From contig NC_045697.1 of the NCBI RefSeq assembly GCF_009834535.1, positions 97,094,001 through 97,158,000 of the forward strand: a DNA stretch of 64,000 nucleotides. The letters are read 5' to 3'. Each line of letters opens with the position of its first letter. The stretch's first letter is position 1. The notes under the pieces are model-generated. The model was not told where the DNA came from and did no database searches. It was given only the letters and a program-made list of their open reading frames with translations. Below are positions 1 through 13,995 of the stretch, piece by piece. Source of the DNA: Camelus ferus (taxonomy: Eukaryota). Made by a program: the position numbers and the translations under genes.

Positions 1-240
1 AAAAGTATCATGTTCTTCTTGGTCCTTAGCTTACTACTCTGTGGTTGGGAAATTGTCCCTATTCATAGAGCTAGAGATATCATTGGCTCACCGCATGAAT
101 TTACATTTTGTCAGGAATAATAATCTTGCAATCCCTATATAGTCCAGTTTCTGAAAACAGTTGCTTTATTTTCTGTCCAGTTTTACAGTTACATAAAGTG
201 GAAGAGAGAGTCTAGAACTATTACTAGGTCATAATCATAG
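1..240 (-). mobile_element. Ancient L1M/HAL1-type 5'-region fragment
   Basis: ctgaaaacagttgctttattttctgtccagttttacagtt resembles the antisense 5' region of old L1M elements; heavily diverged. Confidence 0.4.
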
Positions 241-1006
241 GTGAAATATTCAAAGAAATGTGTTACTATTACACATTTTTATTTAAGAACTTAACATTGT
301 AGCTTTTAATAATCTGTCAGTCAACATTTGGTTAAAAAGGTGTGGGGGTGGAGTCTGAAGGTAATTTAATAGAAGCAAGCTGCAAATCCTTCTAAGATGC
401 CATTTAACATTTTAAAATTATGCACATAACATCTTTAGTATCTCAATGAATTTCCTTGGTTGCGATCATAAAATTCCATAGTTAGCCAATTAATTTTTCA
501 TATAGCTCAATGATTGAGGTAGATAATTTGCTGATGGAGCAGCATAGATCATTACAACAGCTTGTTTTTCAAATCAAGTTATCTGAAACTATCTATTGAT
601 GACTCAATACTAGTTTCATAAATAAGATTTTCTTACTCTTTCTTGCATATTTTGCTGTTTCAGTAAATTGTTTAATTACTATGCTTGCCAAGTTTTACTG
701 ACTAAGCTACATACTTTAGCTCTTAATTTTACATATTTTATTGCTCAATTACATATTTCAGAGGATTATCTAATGTATATTCTTGATTGTTGACTATGTC
801 ACATACATTACCAAATATGAGGGTCAAGTTATCTATTGGATTTTGTTCATTCGTATAATTTGCAAAGTGAGCTATATATGTAACCAAAGTCTGAATTTGT
901 GAAATAATATATCATAGAATAATATTTTGTTCATAAAATTTATTGACATAGAATAGCAATCTTCTTTCCATGCCTTTTATTTTATATTCATTTCCAAATA
1001 ATTTAA

Positions 1007-1165
1007 AATTCACAGGTTCCAGGAATTAGGACGTTATCATTTGAAGGACCACCATTCAACCAATTACAGTCTTCCTTGTGGCCCCCACCAAAGTCACATC
1101 CATTTCATATACAAAATGCATTCACCCTATCTCAATATTCCCAAAGATCTCAAATCACAAACTCT
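1007..1165 (-). mobile_element. MaLR MLT1 LTR / internal junction fragment
   Basis: attcacaggttccaggaattaggac...attcaacc (MLT1D/E LTR end) followed by ggcccccaccaaag...atacaaaatgcattcaccc (MLT1-int). Confidence 0.6.
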
Positions 1166-1212
1166 AAGCTATTATACTGTATTAAGTTAAACATGTATAT
1201 TATAATCTCTAG

Positions 1213-4200
1213 ATCAGAACTTCAACAAAGAGATAGAAAATATTAAAAAAAGAACTAATCAGAGCTGAAGAATACAAAAACTGAAATGAAAAATACCCTA
1301 GATGGAATCAATAGCACAACAGATGATGCAAAAAAATGGATCAGTGATCTGGAAGACAGGGTGGTATAGATCATCCAATTGGAACAAAACATTTTTTAAA
1401 AGAATTTTTTAAAATTAGAATAGTTTAATGGATCCCTGGGAAAACATCAAGTGTACTATATTCACATGAAGAAGGAGGAGGAGGAGGAGGGGGAGGAGGA
1501 GGGGGGAGGAGGGGAGAGGGAAGAGAAGGGGGAGGGGGAGAGGAAGGAGAAGAGGAAGAGGAAGAAGAAGAAGAGAGAAAGAGACAGAAAACTTACTTGA
1601 AGAAACTTCCCTAACCTGAAGAAAACAGACATCTAAATCTAAGATGCACAGAGTACCAAACAAGATGAACCCAAAGAGACTCACAAGACACATTACGATT
1701 AAATGTAAAAAGTAAAAGACAGAGAATCTTAAGTAGCAAGAGAAAAACAACTAGTATGTACAAGAGAATCCTCCGTAAGACTATCAGTGGTTTTTCAGCA
1801 GAAACTTTACAGGTCAAAACTTTAAAGGATGAAATGGGGAAAAAAATAAAAAAGAAAGAAAACAACCAAGATGTCTCTACCCAGGAAAGTTACCATTCAG
1901 AATTGAAGGAGAAATAAAGAATTTCTCAGACAAGCAAAAGGCAAAGGAGTTCATCACCACTAAAAAACATAAAGCAATGTTAAAGTGTCTTTTTAAAATG
2001 GGAAAGAAAAGCCCATAACTAGAAACAAATAAATTGTGAAAGAAAATATCTCACTGCTCAAAGCAAACATATAGTAAAGATAATGGATTGACCACATGGA
2101 AAGCTAGACTGAAGGTTAAAAGACAGAAGTATTAAGTTCATCTGTATATGAAATAATTACTTAAACAATACAAAAAATAAAAAGATGTAAAATATGATAT
2201 TCAAATCATAAAACATACGGAGGAGAACTAAAAATGTAGTGCTTTTAAAATGTACTCAAACTTAAGCAATGATCTACTTAAAACAGACTGCAATATACAT
2301 GGATTGCTATACATAAACCTTGTGGTAATGACAAACCAAAAATCTGTAACAGATACACAAAAAATAAAGAGGAAGAAATACAAACATAACACTAAAGAAA
2401 GTCATCACATCACAACTGAAAAAAAGAGAGGAAGCAAGACAAAGAGAACTAAAAAAAATCTGAAAACAATTAACAAAACGGCAATAAGTAAATACTTATT
2501 AATAGTCACTTTAAATGTAAATGGACTAACTGCTTCAATCGAAAGACACAAAATCGCTGAATACATAAAAATACAAGACTCATCTACAGACTGATTCAAC
2601 AATACAAAATATGAGTAGACTGACTGATTACCAGTAATAACAGTGAATCAGCAATTTAAAAACTTCCCAACAACAAAAGTCCAGGACCAGACACTTTCAC
2701 AGGTGGATTTTATAAAACATGTAAAGAAGGATGAATGCCTATCCTGCTCAAACTATTCCAAAATAATTGAAGAGAAAGGAACACTTCTGAACTTAGTCTA
2801 GGAAGTCAGCATTACTCTGATACCAAAACCAGACAAGGACACCACAAAAAAATTACAAAACAGTATCACTGAAGAAGATAGATGCAAAAATTCTCAGCAA
2901 ATACCAGCAAACCAAATTTGACAATACATTAAAAAGATCACACACCACGATCAAGTGGGATTTATCCCAGGGATTCATGGGTGGTTTAATATTCACAAAT
3001 CAGTCAATGTGATACACCACAGTAACAAATTGAATAAAAATCATATCATCATTTTACTAGATGCAGAAAAAGATTTTGACACAACTCAACATCCATTTAT
3101 GATATAAATTCTTAACAAAACTGGGTATAGAGGAACATATCTGAACATAATAAAGCCCATCATACCTACAGCCAACATCATATTCAATTATGAAAAGCTG
3201 AAAGCTACTCCCCTAGGATCAGAAACACATCAAGGACACCTACTCTTGTTGCTTTTATTCAATACAGCACTGGAAGTCCCTGACAGCAATTAAACAAGAA
3301 AAAGATAAAAAGGCATCTAAATTGTAATGGAAGGCATAAAAATATAACTATTTGCAGATGATGTTAGGTATGATATTATATATGAAAAACCACAAGATGA
3401 CACCAAAAACTATTAGAACTAAAAAATAAATGCAGAAAAATTTTAGGATACAAAATTAATACCAAAACCCTGTTGCATTTCTACACATTAATAACAAATT
3501 ATTAGAAAGAGAAATGAAGAAAACAACCCCAATCTCAACTACAATTGCATCAAAAAGAATAAAATGCCTAGGAATAATTTAACCAAGAAGGTGAAAGATC
3601 TGTACTTTAAAACTATAAGACTTTGATGAAAATAATTGAAAGCAATGAAAATGTATGGAAAGATATACCATGCTCATGGATTGGAAGAATTAATATTGCT
3701 AAAATGTCCATGCTACCCAAAGCAATACAGATCAGTGCAATCTTTATCAAAATACTGACAGCATTTTTCAGAGAACTGAAAAAAATAACCATAAAAGTTA
3801 TGTGGAACCACAAAAGAACCTGAACAGCCAAAGCAATCTTGAGAAAGAAGAACCAACCTAGATGCATTATGTGCCTTGCTTTCAAACTATATTACAAAGT
3901 TACAGTCATCAAAACAGTATGGTGTTGGCACAAAAACAGACACACAGATTAATAAAACAAAATATAGAGCCCAGAAATAATCCCAGGATTGTACAGCCAA
4001 TTATTCTACATCAAAGGAGGCAAGAATATACAATGAAAACATATGAAGAAACAAAATATAAACAGATTAAAAGATACAGAGAACAAACTGGTAGTTGCTG
4101 GGGGAGGAGCAGAGAGGAGTGGCTGAAGTAGGTGAAAGACTTAAGAGACACAAACTTCTAGTTATAAGATAAATAAGTCATGAGGATATAATATACCAAG

Positions 4201-4350
4201 TAGGGAATATAATCAAAATAATGTAATAACTTTAATTGGTGATAGATAGTAACTAGATGGTGATAATATCATAACATATATGAATGTTGAATCACTGTGT
4301 TATACTCAGAAACTAATATAATAATATTGTATATCAATTATTCCTCAATA
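1213..4350 (+). mobile_element. Degraded LINE-1: ORF1, inter-ORF spacer, internally deleted ORF2, L1MA9-like 3' UTR
   Basis: ORF1 remnants ~1213-2000; ORF2 start AISKYLLIVTLNVNGL at ~2480; RT region (KSPGPD, ctatttgcagatgat, WKDIPCSWIGRINIAKMSMLPKAI); 3' UTR 4040-4350. Confidence 0.92.
1468..1590 (+). repeat. Purine-rich (GGA)n/(GAA)n tract inside L1 ORF1
   Basis: gaagaaggaggaggaggaggagggggaggagga...gaagaagaagagagaaa. Confidence 0.9.
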
Positions 4351-4359
4351 GGAGAAAAG

Positions 4360-4490
4360 TAAAAAGCAAAATAGATGAAACACTAAACTGATATAACTGG
4401 AAGAAGAAATATACATAGCTCCAAATTATAGTGGGGGACTTTGCCATCTCTCTCGGGAATTGATAGAATCACAAAACGGAAAATCAGCAT
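4360..4490 (+). mobile_element. Older L1 ORF2 endonuclease fragment
   Basis: attatagtgggggacttt...attgatagaatcacaaaacggaaaatcagc resembles IIVGDFN..IDR.SRQKIS. Confidence 0.65.
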
Positions 4491-5134
4491 GTGTTTTATA
4501 CTAAATTTAGGATATGTTATCTGTAGTATTGACACAAAATTGAGGTAGGAGAGTCTCATTTTAGCAACCTGATAATTACAGGTGTGTATGTAAATGTCTA
4601 TATTCAGATAGAAAGATAAAAAGTGAGGAAAGGAAGAAGAAAGGAAGAAAAGAGAAAGAAAACAAAAAAGAGAAAAAAAAACAAATAATAAAGGAAGGAT
4701 TTTTGAAAGGATAGCTACCAAATATTAAAAAGTAAGTCTGGAGACAGTATTGAAATATTTATTCTATTCTTTATTAATCTTTGTTGAACTTTTTATGATA
4801 ATCATACAGTTGTATAAATTAAGAAAGAAATGTAATGCTATTTCTCTGTTGAAAGGTACAACTGTTGAGTTATCTTCTGATGATATTAAATTTGATAATA
4901 CATTGCAAGTATTAAAAATGATCTTTGCCCAAGTTAAATTTCAAATAATTACTTGTGTAAATAAAACTCAAAATTATACTAGATAGAGATTAAGAATGAA
5001 AAGAGGCCTATATCACTCATATATTATTTTATTCTCCTTATTTGGAATGCATTTTTGAAAATAAATTTACCATATAAGTATACTTGCCAATCATTCTCTG
5101 TGAAACATTTAATCAAATATGGAACATAATAATC

Positions 5135-8100
5135 TGCATCAGTGGATCTGTGCTGATGGCTTTGTGAACATAGGGCTGAAGGACATCTGGCTGATTGTCT
5201 GCATTCTCACAGTTGAAGTCGGGCCAAGGGCAATGCCAACAACAGTGCAGTTTGTAAGCCTGCACAATGGGTGACAGATGACACCACAGAGCGTACTTCC
5301 TGGTGGACAGCTCTTGCAGAGCAATACTCAGTGCCTCCTCTCCTAACAGGAGCCCACTCTAGTCCTGCCTTCCTCACATTACAGCTCAAAAATGGATCTG
5401 GGAGCTTCTACTTCAACAACTGGGGAATAGACTTGGCCCCTGACAGTGCTGTGACAACCACAGAGAAAAGAGGATGCCCCACTCTATATCCAGTGCAGGT
5501 TCTGGTTACCACAGCACCAATCACATCCACTAGCAAGGGGATAACAGCAAGCACACCATGAGGAAAGATGTGACAGACATCCATGATAAAAACAGCTCTT
5601 GCACCAAAAATATTAGACTCATGTAGCTTACACAGGGATACTCCTATAGAAAAATAGCCCTTTAAGGCCGTGGTAGATAACTGTTTCTCATAACTTCCTA
5701 GAGTCAGAGAAAAATAAATAAAATAAAGAAGCAGAAAAACCTCTCTCAACTAAAAGAACAAGAGAATACCCCTGAAAGAACAAACAATGAAACAGATCTC
5801 TCCAGTCCATTAGGACCCAAGTTCATAAAGGAGGTAATATAAATGCTGAAAGAATTAAAGGTTAATTATAGAAATACAGATTACTGTAAAAAAGAACTAG
5901 AAACAATAAAGAAAAGGTAATTAAAATTAGAAAACACATTGCTGAGAAGAAAAGTTGGGTTAAAGGCAATAAATAGAAAACTAAATAAACTAAATAATGC
6001 ATAAGAACAAATAAATGATCTAGAAGATAGAATAATGGAAATCACACAATCAGAAGAGCATACAGGAAGACAAATTTTAAAAAAAGCAATATATGAGACC
6101 TATGGGATAATATAAAGTGTACCAATCTACACATAATAAGGATCTCAGAAGGAGAAGAAAGAGAAAAGGGTATTGAAACTGTATCTGAAAGAGGTATGGC
6201 TGTAAACTTTCCAAACCTAAAGAAGGGAACAGACATCCAGGTACAAGATGCACAGAGGGTACTAAACAAGTAGAACCCAAACAGACCTAAACTAAGACGT
6301 ATTATAATTAAAATGGCAGAATAGAGAGAAGATTCTAAAGATAGAAAGAGGAAAACAAAGACTTAACTACAAGGGAAGCCTCATAAGGCTATCATCTGAT
6401 TTCTCAACAGAAATACTAAAGGCCAGAAGCGAGTGGCAAGATAATATTCAAAATCCTGCAATGGAAAAATCTGCAACCTAGGATACTCTACCCACAGCAA
6501 GATTATCATATAGAATAGAAGCAGAAATAAAGAATTTCTCAGACAAGCAAAACTAAAAGAATACACCGATACTAAATCTACCCTAAAAGAAATATTGAAA
6601 TGTCTTTTCCAAACAGAAAAGAAGTAAGAACCTATAGAAAAGAAAAAAATCACAACGGGAATTGCAGTAAGTACATGGAACAGCATAAGAATAAACATGA
6701 AAATGTAAAAGAGGACACCAATTCATAAAATCTAGGGAAGGGCAGTAAGAAAACGTAGACTCTTTTCAGAATGTGTTTAAGCCTCTATGACTACCAGTCT
6801 AAAGCAAGTAGATATAGTAATGGATTAACATATCTGAAAAATAGGGTAACCACCAAACAAAAAATGCAATAAATTCACAGAAACGAAAAAGAAGAGAAAA
6901 CAGGCATAATACAAAAGAAAAACCATCAAACCACAAAAGGAAAAAGTAAAAGAAAAAGAAAGAAGCAAAGAACAAATACAAAATCAACTGGGAAACAAGG
7001 TTTAAAATGGAAATAAATACATATCTATCAATAATTACCTTAAATGTCAATGGACTAAACACTCCAATCAAAAGACACAGAATGGCAGATTGGATAATAA
7101 AATAAGAGCCTACAATATGCTGCCTGAAAGATACCCACTTTAAGGCAAAGAACACACATAAATTGAAAACAATGGGATGGAAAAAGAGACTTTATGCAAA
7201 TGGAAATGACAAGAAATGAGGAGTAGCAATACTCATATCAGACAAAATTGACTTTAAAACAAACTCTAAAGAAAGATAAAGAAGGATACTATATAATGAT
7301 AAAAGAATCAATATTAAAAATGATATTATATTCATTAACACATATGTACCCAATACTGGAGCATCAAAATACATAAAACAAATACTAACAGACATAGAAG
7401 GAGAAACTGATGGGAACACAATAGTAACATATTTAAACACCCCACTGACATCAATGGACAGATCCTCCAGACAGAAAAATCAATAAGGCAACAGAGATCA
7501 TAAATGACATAATATAGAAAAGTTACAGTTAATTAATATTTTGAGAACATAACATACAATAAAACCCCAGAATACACATTCTTTTCAAATGCACATGAAA
7601 CATTCTCAAGGATATACCACATACTAGGACACAAAATTAGCCTGAACAAATTTAAGAGTACAGAAATTATTCTAAGCATCTTTTTTGACCACAGTGGTGT
7701 GGAACTAGAAATAAGCCACAGACATAGTAATGAGGAAAAAAAAAAAAAAAGATTACATGGGGACTAAATAACATGCTACTAAAAATCCAATGGGTCAACA
7801 ATGAAATCAAAGAGGAAATTAAAAAATACCTTGAGATAAATGACAATGAAAATACAATCAAACAAAATCTATGGGATGCAGCAAAAGCAATTTTAAGAGG
7901 AAAATTTGTGATGATACAGGCCTTCCTCAAAAAACAAGAAAAATCCCAAGTAAACAACTTAACCTACCACCTAAAAAAAAAAAAAAAATTAGAAAAAGAA
8001 GAACAAACAAAACTTAAAGTCAGGAGAAGGAAGGAAATAATAGAGATAAAAGAGGAAATATATAAAATAAAGATTAAAAATAGAAAAATAAACAATAAAA

Positions 8101-11100
8101 TCAAGAGCTGGTTTTTTGAAAGGGTAAAGAAAATTGACAAACCTCCAACCTGGCTCACCAAGACGAAAAGAGAAAGGATCTAAATAAACGAAATAAGAAA
8201 TAAAAGAGGAGAAATAACAATCAATACTGCAGGCATACAAAAAAACTTAAGAGAATACAATCAACAATTTATGCCAACAAATTGGACAACATAGAAGAAA
8301 TGAACAACTTTCTAGAAACATAAAGTCCACCAAAACTGAATCAAGAAGACATCAATAATTTGAAAAGACCAATTACTAGATGAGAAATAGAATCTATAAT
8401 CAAACAAACAAAAAACTCAAAAGTAAGTAAAGGACCAGATGGCCTCACAGGGAGTTCTACCAAACATACAAAGAAGAACTTGTACCAATTCTTCTCAAAC
8501 TTTCCAAACAGATTGAAGAGAAGGGAAGACTCCCAAAATCATTCTATGAAGCCACCATCACCCTGATAGCAAAACAAGACAAAGACACTACCAAAAATGA
8601 AACTTACAGGCCAATATCTTTGATGAATATTGATGCAAAATTCTCAACAAAATATTAATAAGCCAAATCCAACAACACATAAAAAGATCACACATTACTC
8701 TCAAGTTGTATTCATCCCAGAGACACAAAGATGGTTCAACATACAGAAATCAATCAATGTGATACACCACATCAATAAAAGAAAAGACAAAAACTACATG
8801 ATCATCTCAATAGATGCAGAAAAGCATTTAACAAAATTCAACATCTATTCATGATAAAAAGTCTTACCAATGTTTATACAGAGGGAACATATCTCAGCAT
8901 AATAGTTATTCATGACAAACCCACAGCCAACATAACTCAAAAGTGAAAAGTTGAAAGTCTTTCTGCTAAAATCTGGAAGAGAAGGAGGCTCATTCTCACC
9001 ACTTCTTTTCAACACAGTATTAGAAATCCTAGAAACAGCAGTCAGATAAGAAAAAGAAATAAAAGGGATCCAAATTGGAAGTTAAGTGGTGAAAACGTCA
9101 TTATATACAGATAACATACTATATGGATATATAGATACTATATATTATATGCAGATGACATACTATAGATACATAATATAGAGATGACATGATTTTATAT
9201 ATATAAAATGATTCCACACAAAAACTACTACAACTGATAAATATACTCAACAAGGTAGCAGGATATAAGAGTTACATACAGAAATCTGCTGCATTTCTTT
9301 ACACTAGCAATAAAATATCAGAAAGGGAAAGTAAAAAAAAATACATTTTAAAATTACATCAAAAAATACTTAGGAATAAACCTGACCAAGGTGGTGAAAG
9401 ACTTACAGGCTGAGAACTATAAAACATTGATTAAAGAAATTGAAAATGATTCAAAGAAATGGAAAGATATCTCAAGCTCTTATACTGGAAGAATTAACAT
9501 TGTTAAAAAGGCCATACTACCTCAAGTGATCTACAGATTTAATGTGATCCCTATGAAATAACCCATGACATTTTTTACATTTTACAGAAATAGAACAAAT
9601 AATCCTAAAATGTATATTGAACCATAAAATACCTAGAATTGTCAAAACAATCCTGAGGGGAAAAGAACAAAGCTGGAGGTATAACCCTCCCAGATTTCAA
9701 ACAATACTAGAGCTACAGTAAAATAGCATGGTATTGGCACAAAAAGAGACATATGGATCAATGGAACAGAATAGAGAGCCCAGAAATAAAACCCACAGAC
9801 TTACAGTCAATTAATCTTTGACAATGGAGGTAAGAATATACAATGGAGAAAAGACAGCCTCTTCAGCAAGTGGTGTTGGGAAAACTGGACAGCTGCATGC
9901 AAATCAGTGAAGTTAGAACACTCCCTGACACCATACACAAAAATAAAGTCAAAATGGCTTAAAGACTTATATATAAAACATGACACCATAAAACTCCTAG
10001 AAGAGAACATAGGCAAAACATCTGACATTGATCGTAGCAATGTTTTTTCTTAGGTCACTATCCCAAAGCAATAGAAATAAAAGCAAAAATAAACAAATGG
10101 GACGTAATTGAACTTATAAGCTTTTGCAGAGCAAAGCAGATCATAAACAATACAAAAAGACAATCTAGGGACTAGGAGAAAATATTTGTAAATGATGTGA
10201 CTGACAGGCTTAATTACCAAAATATACAAACAGCTCATAAACTCAACAAACAAAACCAACAAACAAAAACCCAATCAATAAATGGACAGAAGACCTAAAC
10301 AGACATTTCTCCAAAGAAGAAATATAGATGGCCAACAGGCCATGAGAAGATGATCAATATCTTTAATTATTAGAGACATGCAAATCAAAACTACAGTGAC
10401 CTCACACTGGTCAAAATGGCCACCAATAAAACATCTACAAATAATAAATGCTGGAGTGTGGAAAAAATGGAGCCCTCCTACACTGTTGGTGTAAATGTTA
10501 ATTGTTGTAAATTGGCAGCCATTATGGAAAACAATATGAAAGTTCCTCAAAAAACTAAAAATAGAGTTACCATATGATCCAGTAATCCCACTCCTAGGCA
10601 TATATCCAGAGAAAACTGTAATTTCAAAAGATACAAGCATCTCTAATATTCATAGTACATTATTTATAATAGCCAAGACATGGAAGAAACCTAAATGTCC
10701 ATCTATAGATGACTGGATAAAGAAGTTGTGTTATATGTATATAAAGGAATACTACTCAGCCATAAAAAGAATGAAATAATGCCATTTGCAAAAACCTAGA
10801 AATTATCATACTAAGTGAAGTAAGTCAAACAGAGAAAGACAAATATCATATGATATCACCTATGTGTGGAATCTAAAATAATGATACAAATGAACTTATT
10901 TAAAAACCAGAAATAGACTCACAGACATAGAAAACAAACTTATGGTTATCAAACTGGAAAGGGAGAGGAAGGATAAATTAGGAGTTTAGGATTAGCGGGT
11001 ACAGACTACCATATATAAAACAGACAAACAACAAGTCCTACTATAAAGCATGGGGAACTATATTCAATATCTTGTAATAAACCATAGGGAGAGAGAACAT

Positions 11101-11195
11101 ATAGAGATATATAGATATATAACTGAATCACTTTGCTGTACACCAGAAACTAACATAACATTGTAAATCAACTATATTTCAAGAAATTTTTTAAA
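5135..11195 (+). mobile_element. Near-full-length inactivated LINE-1 (cetartiodactyl/camelid type)
   Basis: Partial 5' UTR 5135-5720; ORF1 ~5722-6628 (KKQKNLSQLKEQE...); ORF2 ATG at 7007 (MEINTYLSIITLNVNGLNTPIKRHR), NLWDAAKAILRGKF, RT and C-terminus ending ~10876; 3' UTR and A-rich tail; many stops and frameshifts. Confidence 0.97.
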
Positions 11196-11199
11196 AGAG

Positions 11200-11817
11200 A
11201 AAAGAAATCAATGAAATTGAAAACAGAAAGATGAGTAAAATCAATTAACTCAAATGGATCATAAGTCTAAATGTAAACTGTGGTTCATCCATACAATGAA
11301 ATATTACTCAGCAATTTAAAAAAAAAAAACTACTAGTATATTAAACAAGTTGGATAGATATCAATGGCCTTGCACTGAATGAAAAGCCAGTCTCAACATG
11401 TGATATATGTTAAAATTCTTTCATACAGTATTCTCAAAATGACAAGATTATAATATAGAGAACAGATCAACGATTACTGGGGTAGGATATGATTATACAG
11501 GGGAAGTATGACAGAGTGTCATTGATGAGGTGGGACAGTTCTATACACTGGGTATGATGTTGGTTATAAAAATCTAAACATGATACAATTTGACAGTATT
11601 ACACCAAAAAAGGGTGAATATTAAAGTTAGTGAATAAATACAAGTTAGTGAATCTGAATAAAGTGTTTAGTTGATAGCATTGACCCAATGTCAATTTCTT
11701 GGTTGTGATAATTGTGCTAAGGTTATATAAGATTTTTTGCCACTGGGGAAGTTGATTGAAAATTACATAGGAGCTCTCTGAACTATTTTTTCAACTTTTC
11801 AAAATAAAAAGGTTTAA
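11200..11817 (+). mobile_element. L1MD-like 3' end
   Basis: ORF2 end remnants then ccaatgtcaatttcttggttgtgataattgtgctaaggttatataagat...ttcaaaataaaaagg. Confidence 0.75.
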
Positions 11818-11859
11818 TCATACACACATAGATAGCACACAGATAAATGTTTGGACACA

Positions 11860-12128
11860 CAGACATGAACTCAAGAATAGTATCTGAAGATGAAGGCAGA
11901 GACTGCAGTGGTGCTTCTACAAGCCAAGGAATGCCAAAGACTGTCAGCAAACCACGAGAAGTTAGATGAGAGGCATGGAACAGACTCTGTCCCACATCCC
12001 ACACAAGGAAACAACTTTGTTGACACTTTGATCTTGGACTACTAGTCTCCAGAACTCTGAGACAACATATTTCTATCGTTTAGGCCACCCAGTTTGTGTC
12101 TTACTTAGGCAACCCTAGAAAACTACAG
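11860..12128 (+). mobile_element. MLT1C-like MaLR LTR, 3' part
   Basis: gaaggcagagactgcagtg..ctacaagccaaggaatgccaaaga...ctccagaactctgagac...ccctagaaaactaca. Confidence 0.85.
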
Positions 12129-12229
12129 ACTATGTAAGAGACAGTCAGATTTTCAGAATATATTATATTGACAGTGTAAGACTGGACACATATTTTCTGG
12201 TGATGATAAAGAAAATCTGTGTAATGGCC

Positions 12230-12601
12230 TGTCTTAGCCTGTTTGGGCTGCTGTAACAAAATATTACACACTGGGTGCCTTAAAAAACAACAGAAATTTA
12301 TTTTTTGCAGTTCTAGAAGTAGGAAGTCTAAGATTAGGGTGCCAGCATGGTCTGATTCTGGTGAGAATTCTCTCCCTGTCTCTCAGATGACCATCTTCTC
12401 AATGAGTCTGCACATGGCAGAGATAGGGAGCTCTCTGATCTCTTTTTAATTAAAGCACTAATCTCATTATGAGGGCCCCAAACTCAAGAACTCATCTCAA
12501 CCTGATTATCTCCCAAAGGCCCCATCACCTTATACCATCACACTGAGATTAGAGCTTCAACATATGCATTTTGGTGGGACTCAAACATTCAGTCCATATC
12601 A
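12230..12601 (-). mobile_element. MLT1A0-like solo LTR
   Basis: tgtcttagcctgtttgggctgctgtaacaaaata ... aaacattcagtccatatca; TG..CA ends, ~370 bp. Confidence 0.88.
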
Positions 12602-12719
12602 GTCCCAACAGGCACAACTGAGTAAAGTGGGACTATATGGAATGTTGGAAAACTAAGTGACCATTTATAAACTGAAAGGATTTACCCAGCACTACATTAA
12701 TCCCCAAGGAGATTTTAAC

Positions 12720-13350
12720 ACTGTGTGATAACCATAAACTTGATTTGATCCTTGCTGCCAGGCTAGGATTAATTGGCTTTCATCTCACAACTACCTTCTC
12801 AAATTTATGTCCTATTATTTAAAGTCCTGAAGCAGTTGCCCTTTCCAGCCCTTCAAAGTCTTCTCTTTCTCATTCTACTCTTTTATTCCAGGCAATTCTT
12901 TTCCAAGTTCATCTTTTTCATATAAAACATTGACAAAAGCAGCCAAAAGCATCTAACATATACCACTAATATCTATTTGTTACATAGTCTGCTTCCCAAG
13001 TTAAGTCTGAACAGTTTTATCAAATGTTTTGCTATTGTGTACCATACTATTTTCCCAGCCACCACTACCCAACTACTAAAATGATGTCACATGTGAAGGT
13101 ATCTGTTAGGGTAGGGCCATAATCTATGTACCAAAGTCCGTATTAGTCAGAGAAGGCTAAATTATGCTGTGATTGTAAACAACCTCCAAATCCACTGGCT
13201 TAACAATAAAAACAACAGTAAGTTTATTTCTTGTGGTGCTGTATATAACATGTGGCTTAGGTAAAATCTCGGCTTCAGATACTCACAGGCTAAGACTGAA
13301 GGAGGCTTGACCATCCTGTAGCTGCAACATTTGGAGCACTAGACCTACTT
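12720..13350 (-). mobile_element. MLT1 internal 5' end plus MLT1K-like LTR
   Basis: junction gtaccaaagtccg|tattagtcagagaaggctaaattatgctgtg...aaacaacctccaaatc. Confidence 0.65.
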
Positions 13351-13779
13351 AGGACAGTTCTTGAAGCGTGTGTTAGATTCTATTGCGGACATAAAAAATA
13401 TTCTACATTTCTCTTCTATTTCCCATAGCACAGAGTAAAATTGAATATAATCACTGCTGGATTGAACAACAAGAAAATAAAAGCAAAATGAAAACGAAAC
13501 AAAAAATATTGAAACCACTACTTCCAAATATGAAATCTGTGTACTTAAGCTGCTTATATAACATTAGATGAAAATAATTGCCTGCATTTTCCTTAATAAA
13601 AGTAGAAATGTTTCCTTTTCTATTTTCTGCTCTGTTTAGACTAAATAATAAATTTATTTATGAATTTATCATCATTAGATAATAAAACCTTGCATTGATT
13701 TCCAGTTATATTCTAGGTATTATATTATAGGCACTATAAATACATGAATAGAGGAATATTAAAATATTACTTCATTCAA

Positions 13780-13995
13780 ATTTTACAGATACTAACTACT
13801 ATATATAAAACAGATAAACAACAGGATCATATTGTATAGCACAGGGAACTATATTCAATACCTTGTAATGGCCTATAATGAAAAAGAATATGAAAAGGAA
13901 TATATATATATATATATATGAATCACTATGCTGTACACCAGAAATTAACACAACACTGTAAATCAACTACACTTCAATAACGTTATCAATTAAAA
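13780..13995 (+). mobile_element. Young 5'-truncated L1 3' tail (camelid-type) with (TA)n
   Basis: gtatagcacagggaactatattcaatacc...ctatgctgtacaccagaaattaacacaacactgtaaatcaactacacttcaat. Confidence 0.85.

Noticed and set aside
1415..10640. Many 60-136 aa ORFs, hydrophobic or K-rich
   Set aside because: Sense or antisense fragments of decayed L1; not genes
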